A DNA stretch of 57,673 nucleotides, the filler included, from Sluysia triapertura (taxonomy: Eukaryota), in NCBI GenBank assembly GCA_046118255.1. It is 5 parts of 5 records of this genome, joined end to end, with 100 filler letters (N's around TTAATTAATTAA, not from the genome) between each part and the next. Parts side by side here need not be neighbours in the genome. Positions count along the whole stretch, not along the records: positions 1 to 11,245 come from JBJNIA010186869.1; 4 more parts are not named here. The stretch is one strand, 5' to 3'. A program made the translations under genes and the position numbers. Under the pieces are notes generated by a model. It was not told the origin of the DNA, made no database searches, and saw nothing but the letters and a program-made list of their open reading frames with translations. Positions 1 to 9,751 of the stretch are shown piece by piece (the stretch's first letter is position 1; each line of letters opens with the position of its first letter).

Positions 1-580
1 AAATTTTAAAATGATATTACGCAACCCTTGTATGGTGTTGCTTTAAAATAAAAAATATTTTAAGTAGGATTTTTTGATTCCCAAATGGTGAATCGCCCTT
101 ATAAAAATAACAATTACTTGTTCATGGAAAATCTAAAGTTGAAAAAATCTTCGGACACTTGAATATTCTTCGGCAAATTTTCCTAAAAATTTTTCTAAAA
201 ATTTTTTGTGAAACTTATATTAAAATCTTACCCTATTTATAGATATTTTAGTGTCTTCCATTTTTTCTTTATTCCATTTAATAAAATTATTTTAATAAAA
301 CAAAAGTAAAATTTTCTTTATTTTTAAAAATTATAAAATTCTTTAAATTTAAACTTTATTTTTATTTAAATTTATTAATTTTTAAAGTTTTAATTTAAAT
401 TTTATTTTATTTAAATTTAAATTAATTTTTTAAATTAATTTAAATTTTTTATTTACTTAAATTAATTATTTTGTAATTTTGTAAATTAATATTTTTTTAT
501 AATATAATAATGATAATAATTTATAAAATAAATAACTATTCAAATATACAATTATATACAATTAATAATTAATTCTGACA
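1..580 (-). mobile_element. LTR-like repeat (family B), partial, apparently inserted into the Gypsy polyprotein ORF
   Basis: Minus strand starts TGTCAG at 580, then an AT-rich tract and TATAAATAG (~233-241). Bases ~15-130 align by eye with 10760-10870. Coding-like sequence starts immediately at 581. Confidence 0.5.
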
Positions 581-625
581 TAGATAAGGTTTTAGATTTT
601 GTAATTAAGAAAACTAAATTATGGA

Positions 626-1640
626 TTGAAAATCAATATAACGAAAGAAAAAAAGAGCCAAAAAACAGAAGAGCCGACAAATATAATGACACAATTATTT
701 GGCAATAACGGTAATATGTTAAATAACGTAATACCAAGGATAGGTAATTCAACAAATAATATGTTATTTATCATGATATTATTAGCAATATTCGGCATAA
801 ATAGAACTAATGCAATAAAGGCATTTGACTGTAATCAGCCACCAATAGGTAGAAAATTTTCATTATTCGATACGGAAGAATACAAATAAAAGATACTAAG
901 TTAATGAGTGTTTATCAAGAAGGTAATCTAACAACAACTCTAATAAGAGAGTGCATGGCAAAACGATCATTGGCAATCTGGTATGGCGGTCACCATAGAA
1001 TAATAATAGAATTATCAATAATAGAATTATCTAATGTACTCAAACCATTTAAGAAATTACCTAAACAATGCAGAGATGTATTTGAAACCAGCTACATAAG
1101 TCTAACAAAGGGAGACAAATTAAAATAGGAAATAATGAAAAGATAATTTATAATATAAGAACCGCCGGAAACGTATTGATAGATGGAACATGCGAACAAG
1201 GAACAATCGAATACGAGGGAAAAATATATCACAATGTTGCCGCACAGGAGACATGCGTAGTTAGTTTAAAATCATTTAATGAAAGTTTTTATATGGATAA
1301 AGGCACGATGATGTCCCGATCATATTGTAAAAGTGATCAAACCAGTTGTGACAATGGAGAATCAATATTAATTTACGAACTAGACAAATTTCAGTTAATA
1401 TTCCTTAAACAAATAAAATTTAATGTAATATCGGAATTTATGTATCAAGATAAAGATGAACACCCATTAGAAGAAATAAATAGAAATGATGACCAAATAC
1501 AAAGAAAAAGATTAGATGAAGTCGAAACACCGACAATACTAATGGATAGTAAAGAAGAAGATGGTCTGATTTTTACTGCTAAGGGAACAGAAATTCGATG
1601 CGGAAAAGAGATGACAGAAACTAACTATCAAGGAATTTAA
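626..1640 (+). pseudogene. env: Env-like glycoprotein, chuvirus G / class III-fusogen-like, N-terminal half, frameshifted
   Basis: Signal peptide MLFIMILLAIFGINRTNA (from 761), then IKAFDCNQP..FSLFDTEE, VYQE..IRECMAKRSLAIWY(G)GHH, GTCEQG..YEGKIYHNV, CG..M..TNY. The Cys pattern matches remembered chuvirus-like glycoproteins. Confidence 0.7.
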
Positions 1641-1802
1641 AATAATGAGAATGAAGAAATAGCAGAAAATCAAAAACACATTAAGATCAAGAAAACTATA
1701 GACATAACTAAAGATAATCAGGAAAAAGGACTTTATCCTATTACTCCAACATCACCACCCCATGTAATCTATGTGATATGTGCTAATAATTATTATAATT
1801 GA

Positions 1803-2100
1803 TCGAATAGACCAATAGTAAACACTAGAATAAACATTAGAGTAGTAACGGCACTAATTGATACAGGAGCAGTAGCCTCCCTAATAAACGAAATAAAGAT
1901 GAATTAAAAAATTTAGCTAATCATATTTCTCATTTATCAGGAGTTACAGGCGATACCATTAATATAACCGGAGTGATGAAAGCTATATGTGAGATAGGAC
2001 AAAACAAGCTAGAAATTAAATTAAGAGTTATGAAAAAATGTCCAGAAGAAATGATAATGGGAATGGACATTCTGTCTCAATTAAAAGAAGTAACACTAGA
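1803..2100 (+). pseudogene. Retroviral-type aspartic protease (PR1)
   Basis: RPIVNTRINIRVVTALIDTGAVASLI (Asp codon 1860-1862); after a frameshift LSGVTG..ITG..EMIMGMDILSQL. Confidence 0.9.
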
Positions 2101-2149
2101 TTTCGACCAAGTTAAATTAATGTATAGTCGATCAAAGAGAGCTATTGAT

Positions 2150-2410
2150 GATGATGTATACGTCGATAAACCAATTTGGTTAGTAAAAAGAAGTGAATAT
2201 ATAATTCATGTCAAGACAAACAGTCTATTAACTGGAAATATCATGTTCATTGCATCAGAGGTCAACCAAGAGAAACTAGACATAGGAATAGCTAATGCAG
2301 TGTGCAATAATTGCGAAGGAAAAATACCAGTTCGGATTATAAACTATACAAATGACAATAAATGGATTTATACATGGACAAAATTAGGAAAAATAGTCAA
2401 ATATACGATA
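2150..2410 (+). pseudogene. dUTPase-like linker domain between PR and RT
   Basis: IGIANAV..GKIPVRIINYTNDNKWIYTWTKLGKI resembles the degenerate dUTPase-fold segment of many Gypsy pol proteins. Confidence 0.5.
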
Positions 2411-2589
2411 CCGCCACACATTAACTTAATTTCCGAAAACAAAAACGAAAACAAGATAAAGAGTAATTAAAATTACAACATGAAATAAAAGATGATGATT
2501 ACAGCGAAATAGTTATTACTAATAAGAACTTAACTAAGAAACAGATTGATCAATTATATAGTGTTATTTACCGATATCGAATTTAATGT

Positions 2590-3050
2590 CGAATTTAAAT
2601 GGACTAATGAACAAACTAATGCATTTAAGGAACTGAAAGAACGATTGACAACGGCACCAATATTAATTTTTCCGGATATTAACAAACCATTTATATTGAC
2701 TACTGATACTAGTAACTATGCTATTGGTGCGATTTTAGGCCAAAAAGACAAAAACAATTTAGAAGCAGTAATTACTTATGCCAGTCGACGTTTGAATAAG
2801 GCCGAGATGAATTATTCGACCATTGAAAGAGAATGTTTGGCTATTGTACACGCTTGCAAATTATTTAGACATTATTATTGGGACAGAAAGCTTATTTATA
2901 TACCGATCACAAGCCCCTAACATATTTATATAATTATAGAGATGAGGTCAGCCGATTAAGCAGATGGTTTAATAAATTAGCAGAATTTAATTTAGAAGTC
3001 ATTTATAAACCAGGCCCTCAAAACAATGGCGCGGATTCTATGTCACGCTT
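2590..3050 (+). pseudogene. pol: Gypsy RT connection and RNase H
   Basis: FKWTNEQTNAFKELKERLTTAPIL..FILTTDTSNYAIGAILGQ..YASRRLNKAEMNYSTIERECLAIV..(frameshift) YTDHKPL..YKPG..ADSMSR. Confidence 0.95.
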
Positions 3051-3088
3051 GACTAATGTAGATGATAAGGAAAATATTAATTTTATAC

Positions 3089-3251
3089 TGCTAGACTTCG
3101 TAAAATGGACTGACCGGGGATCGAACCCGGGACCATCGTCTGCGCAGTCCGACTGCTCTACCACTGAGCTCTCAGCCCCGTCCAACAATTTCAGTTTTAT
3201 TATATTCAATTTTATCAAATGGCACTTTTTTTTAGGCCTTTTACCCCAACA
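3089..3251 (-). mobile_element. 163-bp TG...CA mini-element (solo-LTR-like) carrying a tRNA-like gene
   Basis: Flanked by ATAC at 3085-3088 and 3252-3255. Termini TGCTAG...CCAACA are an imperfect inverted repeat. Excision restores the pol frame (NFI-QIMSISGK). Second copy at ~41784-41923. Confidence 0.85.
3106..3178 (-). ncRNA. tRNA-like sequence with non-canonical anticodon arm, followed by TTTT
   Basis: GGGCTGA/TCAGTCC acceptor stem, GCTC-AGTGGTA-GAGC D arm, CCGGG-TTCGATC-CCCGG T arm. Anticodon region irregular (GACTGCGCAGA, loosely Cys-like); isotype not assignable. Confidence 0.7.
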
Positions 3252-3255
3252 ATAC

Positions 3256-4430
3256 AAATAATGTCAATATCAGGAAAAGTACAGGATACTAAAGAAATTA
3301 TTAAACATCAAAGAGAGGATAAGGAAACCGCTTATATTATAGATTCGCTAGCAAAGGGAACGTTAATCGAAAGCCAAGCAAATAGGTTAGCTATTACTGA
3401 CGGAATACTCAGATTCAGAAATTCGAAAGGTGAATTAGGCGGTCATTTATCTAAGAGAAAGACACTATCTAGAATAAAAGACAAATATTATTGGGAAGAT
3501 ATGGAAGATGATATTACAAATTGGTATAAAGATTGTTCAATATGTTGTAGAAGAAAAAATATGGGAACAAGAACAAAGGTACCATTAAAACCTATGCATG
3601 TACCATTGTCACTAATGGAATTTACAGCAATGGACATAATCGGACCACTACCGGAAACTATCAGTGGAAACAAGTATATTATTGTGTTTGCTGACTATTT
3701 AACTAAATGGCCTGAAGCATATCCAATGCCGAATCAAAAAGCAGAAACTGTAGCACAAATATTGGTAGAAAAAATAATATACAGGTATGGTACACCAAGA
3801 AAATTATTAACTGATCAAGGTACAAATTTTACTGGTGATGTAATCAAATCAGTAGCAATAATATTTTATATTCTTAGAATTCATACATCACCTTACCATC
3901 CACAAACTGACGGATTAGTCGAACGATTTAATCGAGCATTGATAAATATGTTACAATCCTATATTAATGACAGACAATCCGATTGGGATTTATACATTTC
4001 ACCATGTTTATTTGCCTGTACGTGGTTCTGTACATCCAGCTACGAATTTTATACCATTTTACTTAATGTAGGGACGGCATTCTAATATGCCTGTAGATTT
4101 AGAATGGATACCACCAACGTCACAATACATGGAAACTCCGGAATATGTAACAGTAATGCATGAGAGATTACAAGATGCATGGAAACGTGCTGGATTGCAA
4201 ATAAAATTTTCACAAGGAGTATACAAAGACACTTATGATAAAAAAGCCAAACAACACACTTTTCAAATCGGTGACAAAGTACTTATTGAATATCCTGACA
4301 AAACCTGGACAATCACCAAAATTACATAAACCATTCAAAGGACCATACAAAGTAATAAAAATTACCGATACTAATTTATTTGTCAAAGACACTATTAAAT
4401 CAGATTCCGAAACATTTATAGTTCATGTAA
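3256..4430 (+). pseudogene. pol: Gypsy integrase (partial HHCC, DDE core, GPY/F)
   Basis: GGHL..YYW..CSIC; AMDIIGPLP; LLTDQGTNF; HPQTDGLVERFNR; frameshifted tail FQIGDKVL..KLHKPFKGPYKV..IVHVNRCK. Confidence 0.95.
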
Positions 4431-4589
4431 ATAGGTGTAAATTAGCACCAAACAATGAATATAGGTTAAGTAATAGGACAGTTACTAAAACATTAATAAA
4501 AGCTAAACCGAAAATTAAAGACCGTGACAATACAATCATTAGTTGATAAACAAGTAATAATGATATTCAATGTATCAACAGGAATACGA

Positions 4590-4910
4590 ACACATATCTT
4601 TCAAAACGTACGATTTAATGGTAGATGAACCGGAGCTACCACATCTGTAATACATTATAATTTTTTAATTACATGGGAAGTTGTACTTATAGGTCCACCA
4701 CAAACGATAATTTACAATGTTCAACGAGCACCTATACATATGAATGGAATAATACACGCGCATTTACATGTATTAGACAAACAAGTAAATGAGTATATTT
4801 ACGTTTGGGGAGAATCTCCTTTCGATTTAATAATTGGTTTAAATTAGATGATATAGTTATACATAGTAAATACGGACTTATGAAATGTCCATACGGTACA
4901 CAATTACTAG
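4590..4910 (+). pseudogene. Second retropepsin-like aspartic protease (PR2) downstream of integrase
   Basis: One frame reads QNVRFNGR*TGATTSVIHYNFL..IIYNVQRAPIHMNGIIHAHLHVLDKQVNEYIYVWGESPFDLIIGLN. It has (D)TGA and DLIIG motifs; the Asp codon is disrupted at ~4624-4629. Confidence 0.7.
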
Positions 4911-5109
4911 TCCCACAAATTATTGTTCTATCTCTTCATAATGATATTACTCCAATTCATATTCCTACACCTGAACTCCCATCTGGCCGATTAACTGATT
5001 TATGTCATCAGTAACAAGTGAATTTTCAGAATCATTGTCATCAGGAATCGGTTCTGTCGAGACAGTAATGCTCACTTTCTCCAGTAAAAATAATAATAAG
5101 ACTAAGAAA

Positions 5110-5689
5110 TCATTCTGGACCTCATTATTAATATTAATAGTTCTATTTATAACTTTAATTGGTACAGTTAAATCAATAGATATTGAGGAATATTAGGAAT
5201 ATAGGAACTTATATGCCGCAATTAATAATGGAAAGACAAAAAAATATCGATTACAAATATATATAATGAGTATTGGGAAATGAAATTCAATTCAAAGAAA
5301 ATGTTTATACGTCATAAATTCGATATTTACTGCATTTATTTGAAACCGTTATTCATCGGAAAACCACATCATGTAGATAAAATACCACGATGTTTGCAAT
5401 ATGCAATAAACCAATGTTAGTAGCATTTTCATTGGACACTAAAAGAAATATAAGAAAAGTGCAAAATTTCATACAAAATATAACAAATAAAGTCATAAAG
5501 AATTGTACAACTAAGTTCAAAGCTAGCACACTATTATCTAACGATACTATGTATAATATTTTTACTTTAGTTCATAAGTTAATTATTATCTCAGTAATTC
5601 TTATAGTGGTATATGACATATGGATTATATTGCACATAGTTGACTTCAGTAAAAAAAACTACGAACAAGTAATATTAATAAAAAATTGA
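5110..5689 (+). pseudogene. Accessory membrane module 1 (signal peptide, ectodomain, TM), unknown function
   Basis: FWTSLLILIVLFITLIGTVKS|IDIEEY, then a disrupted ectodomain and TM LIIISVILIVVYDIWIIL. Confidence 0.5.
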
Positions 5690-6217
5690 TACATCTAACG
5701 ATAATGATGATAATCACTACAGCCCACTGTAATACTCATAATGTATTACTCATAATGTAATACTCATAATTACGACGCTGAGGTCAGAATCAAAGTATTA
5801 CAAAGTGACATTCAAGTTAGATTTTCTTGCTTAAAACCCGCACGATTTAATTTCAGCTCATGGGAAGTACAACAATATTATATCAATGATAGAGCAAATC
5901 CTGTCGCCATATGCCCTGATTTTCTACAAAACGAAGAAAGACACATTGTTGCAAGAATATATATAGCACCAGCTAAGATAGAACAATTACATTTTGCGTT
6001 AAAAGGAAAACGAAAATATTTGTCATTATCAGAAATGCTACGAAATGACCCGGAATTATTAATTTTAATTTTAGCTGGAATATTATTTGTTATTGCACTA
6101 TGCATTGTTATACTTGTAATTATTATGTTCATATCAAATAGATGTAGGTACCCATGTTTACCATATAATCGTGACGATGATGACAATCAATACACCATTC
6201 CGCATAGGACTAATTAA
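5690..6217 (+). pseudogene. Accessory type-I membrane module 2, unknown function
   Basis: Frame open from 5756 to 6217 (CNTHNYDAEVRIKVLQSDIQVRFSC..TM LLILILAGILFVIALCIVILVIIMFI..CRYPC). Signal-like LIHLTIMMIITTAHC is rejoined if two copies of the 14-bp repeat are removed. Confidence 0.6.
5728..5769. repeat. 14-bp tandem repeat x3 (TGTAATACTCATAA)
   Basis: Three adjacent copies, one mismatch; they cause a frameshift in module 2. Confidence 0.9.
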
Positions 6218-6307
6218 TGAACCGCCACCAGGATTTCAAGTAAGACCAACCCTGTCTACGAGTACGCAACAAATAAACATTCACCTTTAGTATACGGAGG
6301 ATGGCAA

Positions 6308-7242
6308 GTGACTAGTTTACAATCTGTCATGCTAGCATGTATATGTATGACTTGTATAATTAACGTATATGCAAAATCGATAATAATAAAGCCACATATT
6401 GCATTAAAAGTATTACAACGCACGATATATGCAAAGATAAGAAGCGATACTGCTATAGTCACTAATATTACTATGCACTGTTGTTTGACTAAATGGTGCA
6501 ATCATGAATCAGACGTTAGCAAATATACCAAGTACTGGATTGCATCTTGTGATGGTCTTATGGAAAATCAATAATTCAACGTCACTCTACATTTAGAATT
6601 TATGACAAATTGGGATTCGACAACCAAGTTTATATGTATGTACAGGATTTTCTTTTAGTTAGTCATCTTACAATAACTATTAAGTTCTTAATGACATTGT
6701 ATAGGGAGAACAATAACTTCGTTCATACATTAATTCCCTTAATAAAACATAATATATTAATAGGTTACGAATCAAATAAAAAGAATCTTACTAGTGATAA
6801 TTTTGACGCTCTTTTTGATAAAGAACAACATTATGCACTAATATTACCCAACACCAGTATTCATTTATTCTTTGTACCAGAACGCAATTTCACACTTATT
6901 GAAATTTGGATTCTACGTTATAACGAGATCCACGATATTCCTGGATTCTGGCCAGAGTATAGAGTATGCGATCTAGTGGTGCCAATCTTAGACAAGTCAG
7001 ATGTTCTAAATTATCCATCACCAGTTACGACCACTACTATTTTAAGTATATTAAAAACTATAAGTTATACTAGAACCACCAACTATGTCACTAGACCAAG
7101 TAAGAATATAAGTCTACAATCTTATAATTACTTGTGTTTAAGCCATCCGATCATCTCTACAAATTTATATCGCACTATTCTTAGTTATTACATTTTATTA
7201 AGTTTTCTTTTCGTTACTTCATTTATACACATTATATTCTAA
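6308..7242 (+). pseudogene. Accessory secreted/membrane module 3 with Thr-rich stalk and C-terminal hydrophobic anchor
   Basis: VMLACICMTCIINVYA|KSIIIKPHIALKVLQ.., Cys-containing ectodomain, PSPVTTTT stalk, terminal ILSYYILLSFLFVTSFIHIIF*; stop/frameshift near 6574-6610. Confidence 0.55.
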
Positions 7243-7472
7243 GTTCATAAGTTTTATTTATTTATAAGGCATAAAAATCAGTTTTTCATTAAAGTATAAA
7301 TTATAAAAGGCATAAAATGTGAGTGATAGCATTTCCCTGTTTACTAACCATGTGTGACGGCTGTTAACTTTCAATTCTCGGTTGTGGACAGGACAGCGTT
7401 GGAGCTCATATTTTAGTAAAATAACATACGCTATTTAGTTAAGAAGAAGTTTTACTAGCATAATTAGTTAAA

Positions 7473-7919
7473 ATGAATTTTCATATTCACCTTATGCTCC
7501 ATTTGTCGAAGGCCTATACATAGATACTACTCTATCGCAATACTTTGTAGACATCGCTTTCATTTGCGATGTCTGTATTTTCTGTTTGACTCTGCCCCGA
7601 TTCTCTTACTTTCTTGTTCTTTGTGCCGAGCCACAATCACAGAATGTGATATTTTTTTTATAAAAAGTCATTTCGTAGGTCTTACGACTTCTCTATCAAA
7701 TACATTAGACTTAACTCAATCCCTATTGTAGCTTATAATGGGCTCCGGGAGAATGCGAACGTTGATATTTATCAACCTCCAATTTTTCCAGGCGTTACCG
7801 TCCTGTACAACGGATTCCAGGTACCAAAGCCTGATTATCCACCAGGACTAACAAAATCACAAAGGCGTAATTATAGAAATTTCATAAGAATGCACGATTA
7901 TGCAAAAATCCATTTTTGA
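7473..7919 (+). pseudogene. RING-H2 finger protein (putative E3 ligase) inside the retroelement
   Basis: 7495-7629 translates to CSICRRPIHRYYSIAILCRHRFHLRCLYFLFDSAPILLLSCSLCR, with all eight C3H2C3 ligands. Frameshifted tail ..PPGLTKSQRRNYRNFIRMHDYAKIHF*. Absent from the ORF track. Confidence 0.85.
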
Positions 7920-8063
7920 AACGCTAGTATATTTCCTAATTATTATCGCTTATTATAGTACTAAAGTACATTGAAACATAAAAAATTACTTTTTAACATT
8001 TTTCTTTTATTTTTACGAATTTTCCTCTTTATGTAAATTTTAAATTATTTTCATAATCCAGCA

Positions 8064-8563
8064 CACATCGAGTCAAAATACCCCAAGCCAGAACCATCAA
8101 CCAAATCAAAATCTTTTACTAATCTATTGATAAATTCTGCGTAGAGAATACTACTCCTAAATTCTTTTCTAATTCCTTTGCCACGGACTGTAAACTGAAA
8201 TCCGAATTAACTGACAATGTGGCAACCAACATTTTTGCTTTATCATCAGAGATGCCTTTTACTTCCTTACAGGGCTTGACCAATGCGCCTGACGAATTTG
8301 AGACAATGCACATAGTAGCTGCACGAGTGACAATTAAGGTCACTCTAGAGGTTGAAGGAATCCCTTTATTATTACGCCTAGAAAATCACTCGACCCTCCA
8401 TCTATAAAATCTAAATATAAATCTTGTAAGGTAATGATGAAAGCCCTTTAATTCCAAACTTTTCTTTTTGTTCTGCCTTCTAATCCTCTTTTTGTTCTGC
8501 CTTCTAATCCTCTTTTTGTTCTGCCTTCTAATCCTCTTTTTGTTCTGCCTTCTAATCCTCTTT
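8064..8563 (-). pseudogene. Possible antisense accessory ORF with basic KRIRRQNK repeats
   Basis: One minus frame reads (KRIRRQNK)x4-KKSLELKGFHHYLTRF..VE*FSRRNNKG..VKPCKEVKGISDDKAKMLV..; a single internal stop. Confidence 0.35.
8464..8563. repeat. 24-bp perfect tandem repeat, at least 4 copies, running into an assembly gap
   Basis: Unit CTTTTTGTTCTGCCTTCTAATCCT. Confidence 0.95.
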
Positions 8564-8959
8564 NNNNNNNNNNNNNNNNNNNNNNNNNNNNNNNNNNNNN
8601 NNNNNNNNNNNNNNNNNNNNNNNNNNNNNNNNNNNNNNNNNNNNNNNNNNNNNNNNNNNNNNNTTGCTCTCTTTTTCCTCCCGTTTGCAGTGGATGGGAA
8701 GGCGGCTCATCATATACGCACGTTCCGCCCCTTTCTGCGTATGATGAGGAAAGACTTATGTTTGTGGCTTTTCAATATGCCACAGATTTCTTGAATAACC
8801 CTCAACTAATTTGTGTGACCTGTACTCCGTAAAGTCGTCAATTTCACACTGAGCCCCCATCAAACCTCGATGCCGTATCCAAAATTTGAGGCGCAACGTT
8901 CAAACGATCACGGACGTCGATCATAGGTTGGCTAAGGACATGGACGAGGTCCCCCGCAA

Positions 8960-9478
8960 TTGATAGGGATTTTACGTAATAAAATCCTAGTAGCGCTGAA
9001 TCCCAAATTTATTATTAATGCCTTAAACATTCCCTTCGGGTTGCTGAGAGGGATCATTAATTTATCAAACCATAATTTGGTTCCGTTTGCCACTGACGAT
9101 CCTTTTATTAGAGCACGTCAAACAGTGCGACTAATTTTCCATTTTAGTCCAGTGTTGACTTATCGGCAAATGGCATCAGAATTAGTAACCCTGCTTGATT
9201 ATAAAAGGGAGCGAGATTTACAGTTCATTTCTCGCTGTAATAACCCTCCACCCGTTCTCTTTAAGAAACCTTCTACTATCCCTACTTCTAATTCCAAACT
9301 TTCTCCTCCTTCTCCGAAAAAAACTCACATCTTCTTCTTCCCCTTCTACTTCTTTTTCTTTTCTTCCTTAACTTCCACTCCTCATTCGACAAGACAATTC
9401 AACGATTCACCATCATCTGCTCCATCGTTTGCCAAATCATCAGTGAATACTTCATCAGCAACTAAGACTTCATCATAG
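8960..9478 (+). pseudogene. Unknown accessory ORF with Ser/Pro-rich tail, probably part of a longer frameshifted ORF (8664-9650)
   Basis: 172-aa ORF in a locally GC-richer region; no family recognised. Confidence 0.35.
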
Positions 9479-9736
9479 CCAATCCACCACTCACTAAATT
9501 ACCAACGAGTACGACATCAATAAATCATCGAGAAGCACACGAGTTGCAGCTGCTGTCTCCAAAGAAATTTCATAGTGACAATGGTTCCCACTACTTGTTC
9601 CGATACGACTACCTACTCCATGAAGACGACTCGGTGGATTTGGACTGATAATTTAGACTAATATTACAATGATATTTCATAATAATTATGATCTATTTAT
9701 AATAATATGACATTTTTTTCGAGAACGAATTTTCCC

Positions 9737-9751
9737 GAAAGGGAAAGTAGT
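9737..9751 (+). promoter_or_regulatory. Polypurine tract
   Basis: GAAAGGGAAAGTAGT immediately before TGTAAAG, preceded by TTCGAGAACGAATTTT, a Gypsy-like context. Confidence 0.75.

Noticed and set aside
3106-3178. Functional tRNA gene
   Set aside because: The anticodon arm cannot form a 5-bp stem with a 7-nt loop, position 8 is G, and it lies in a mobile insertion.
8468-8794. 108-aa hydrophobic ORF
   Set aside because: Product of the 24-bp repeat read through an N gap.
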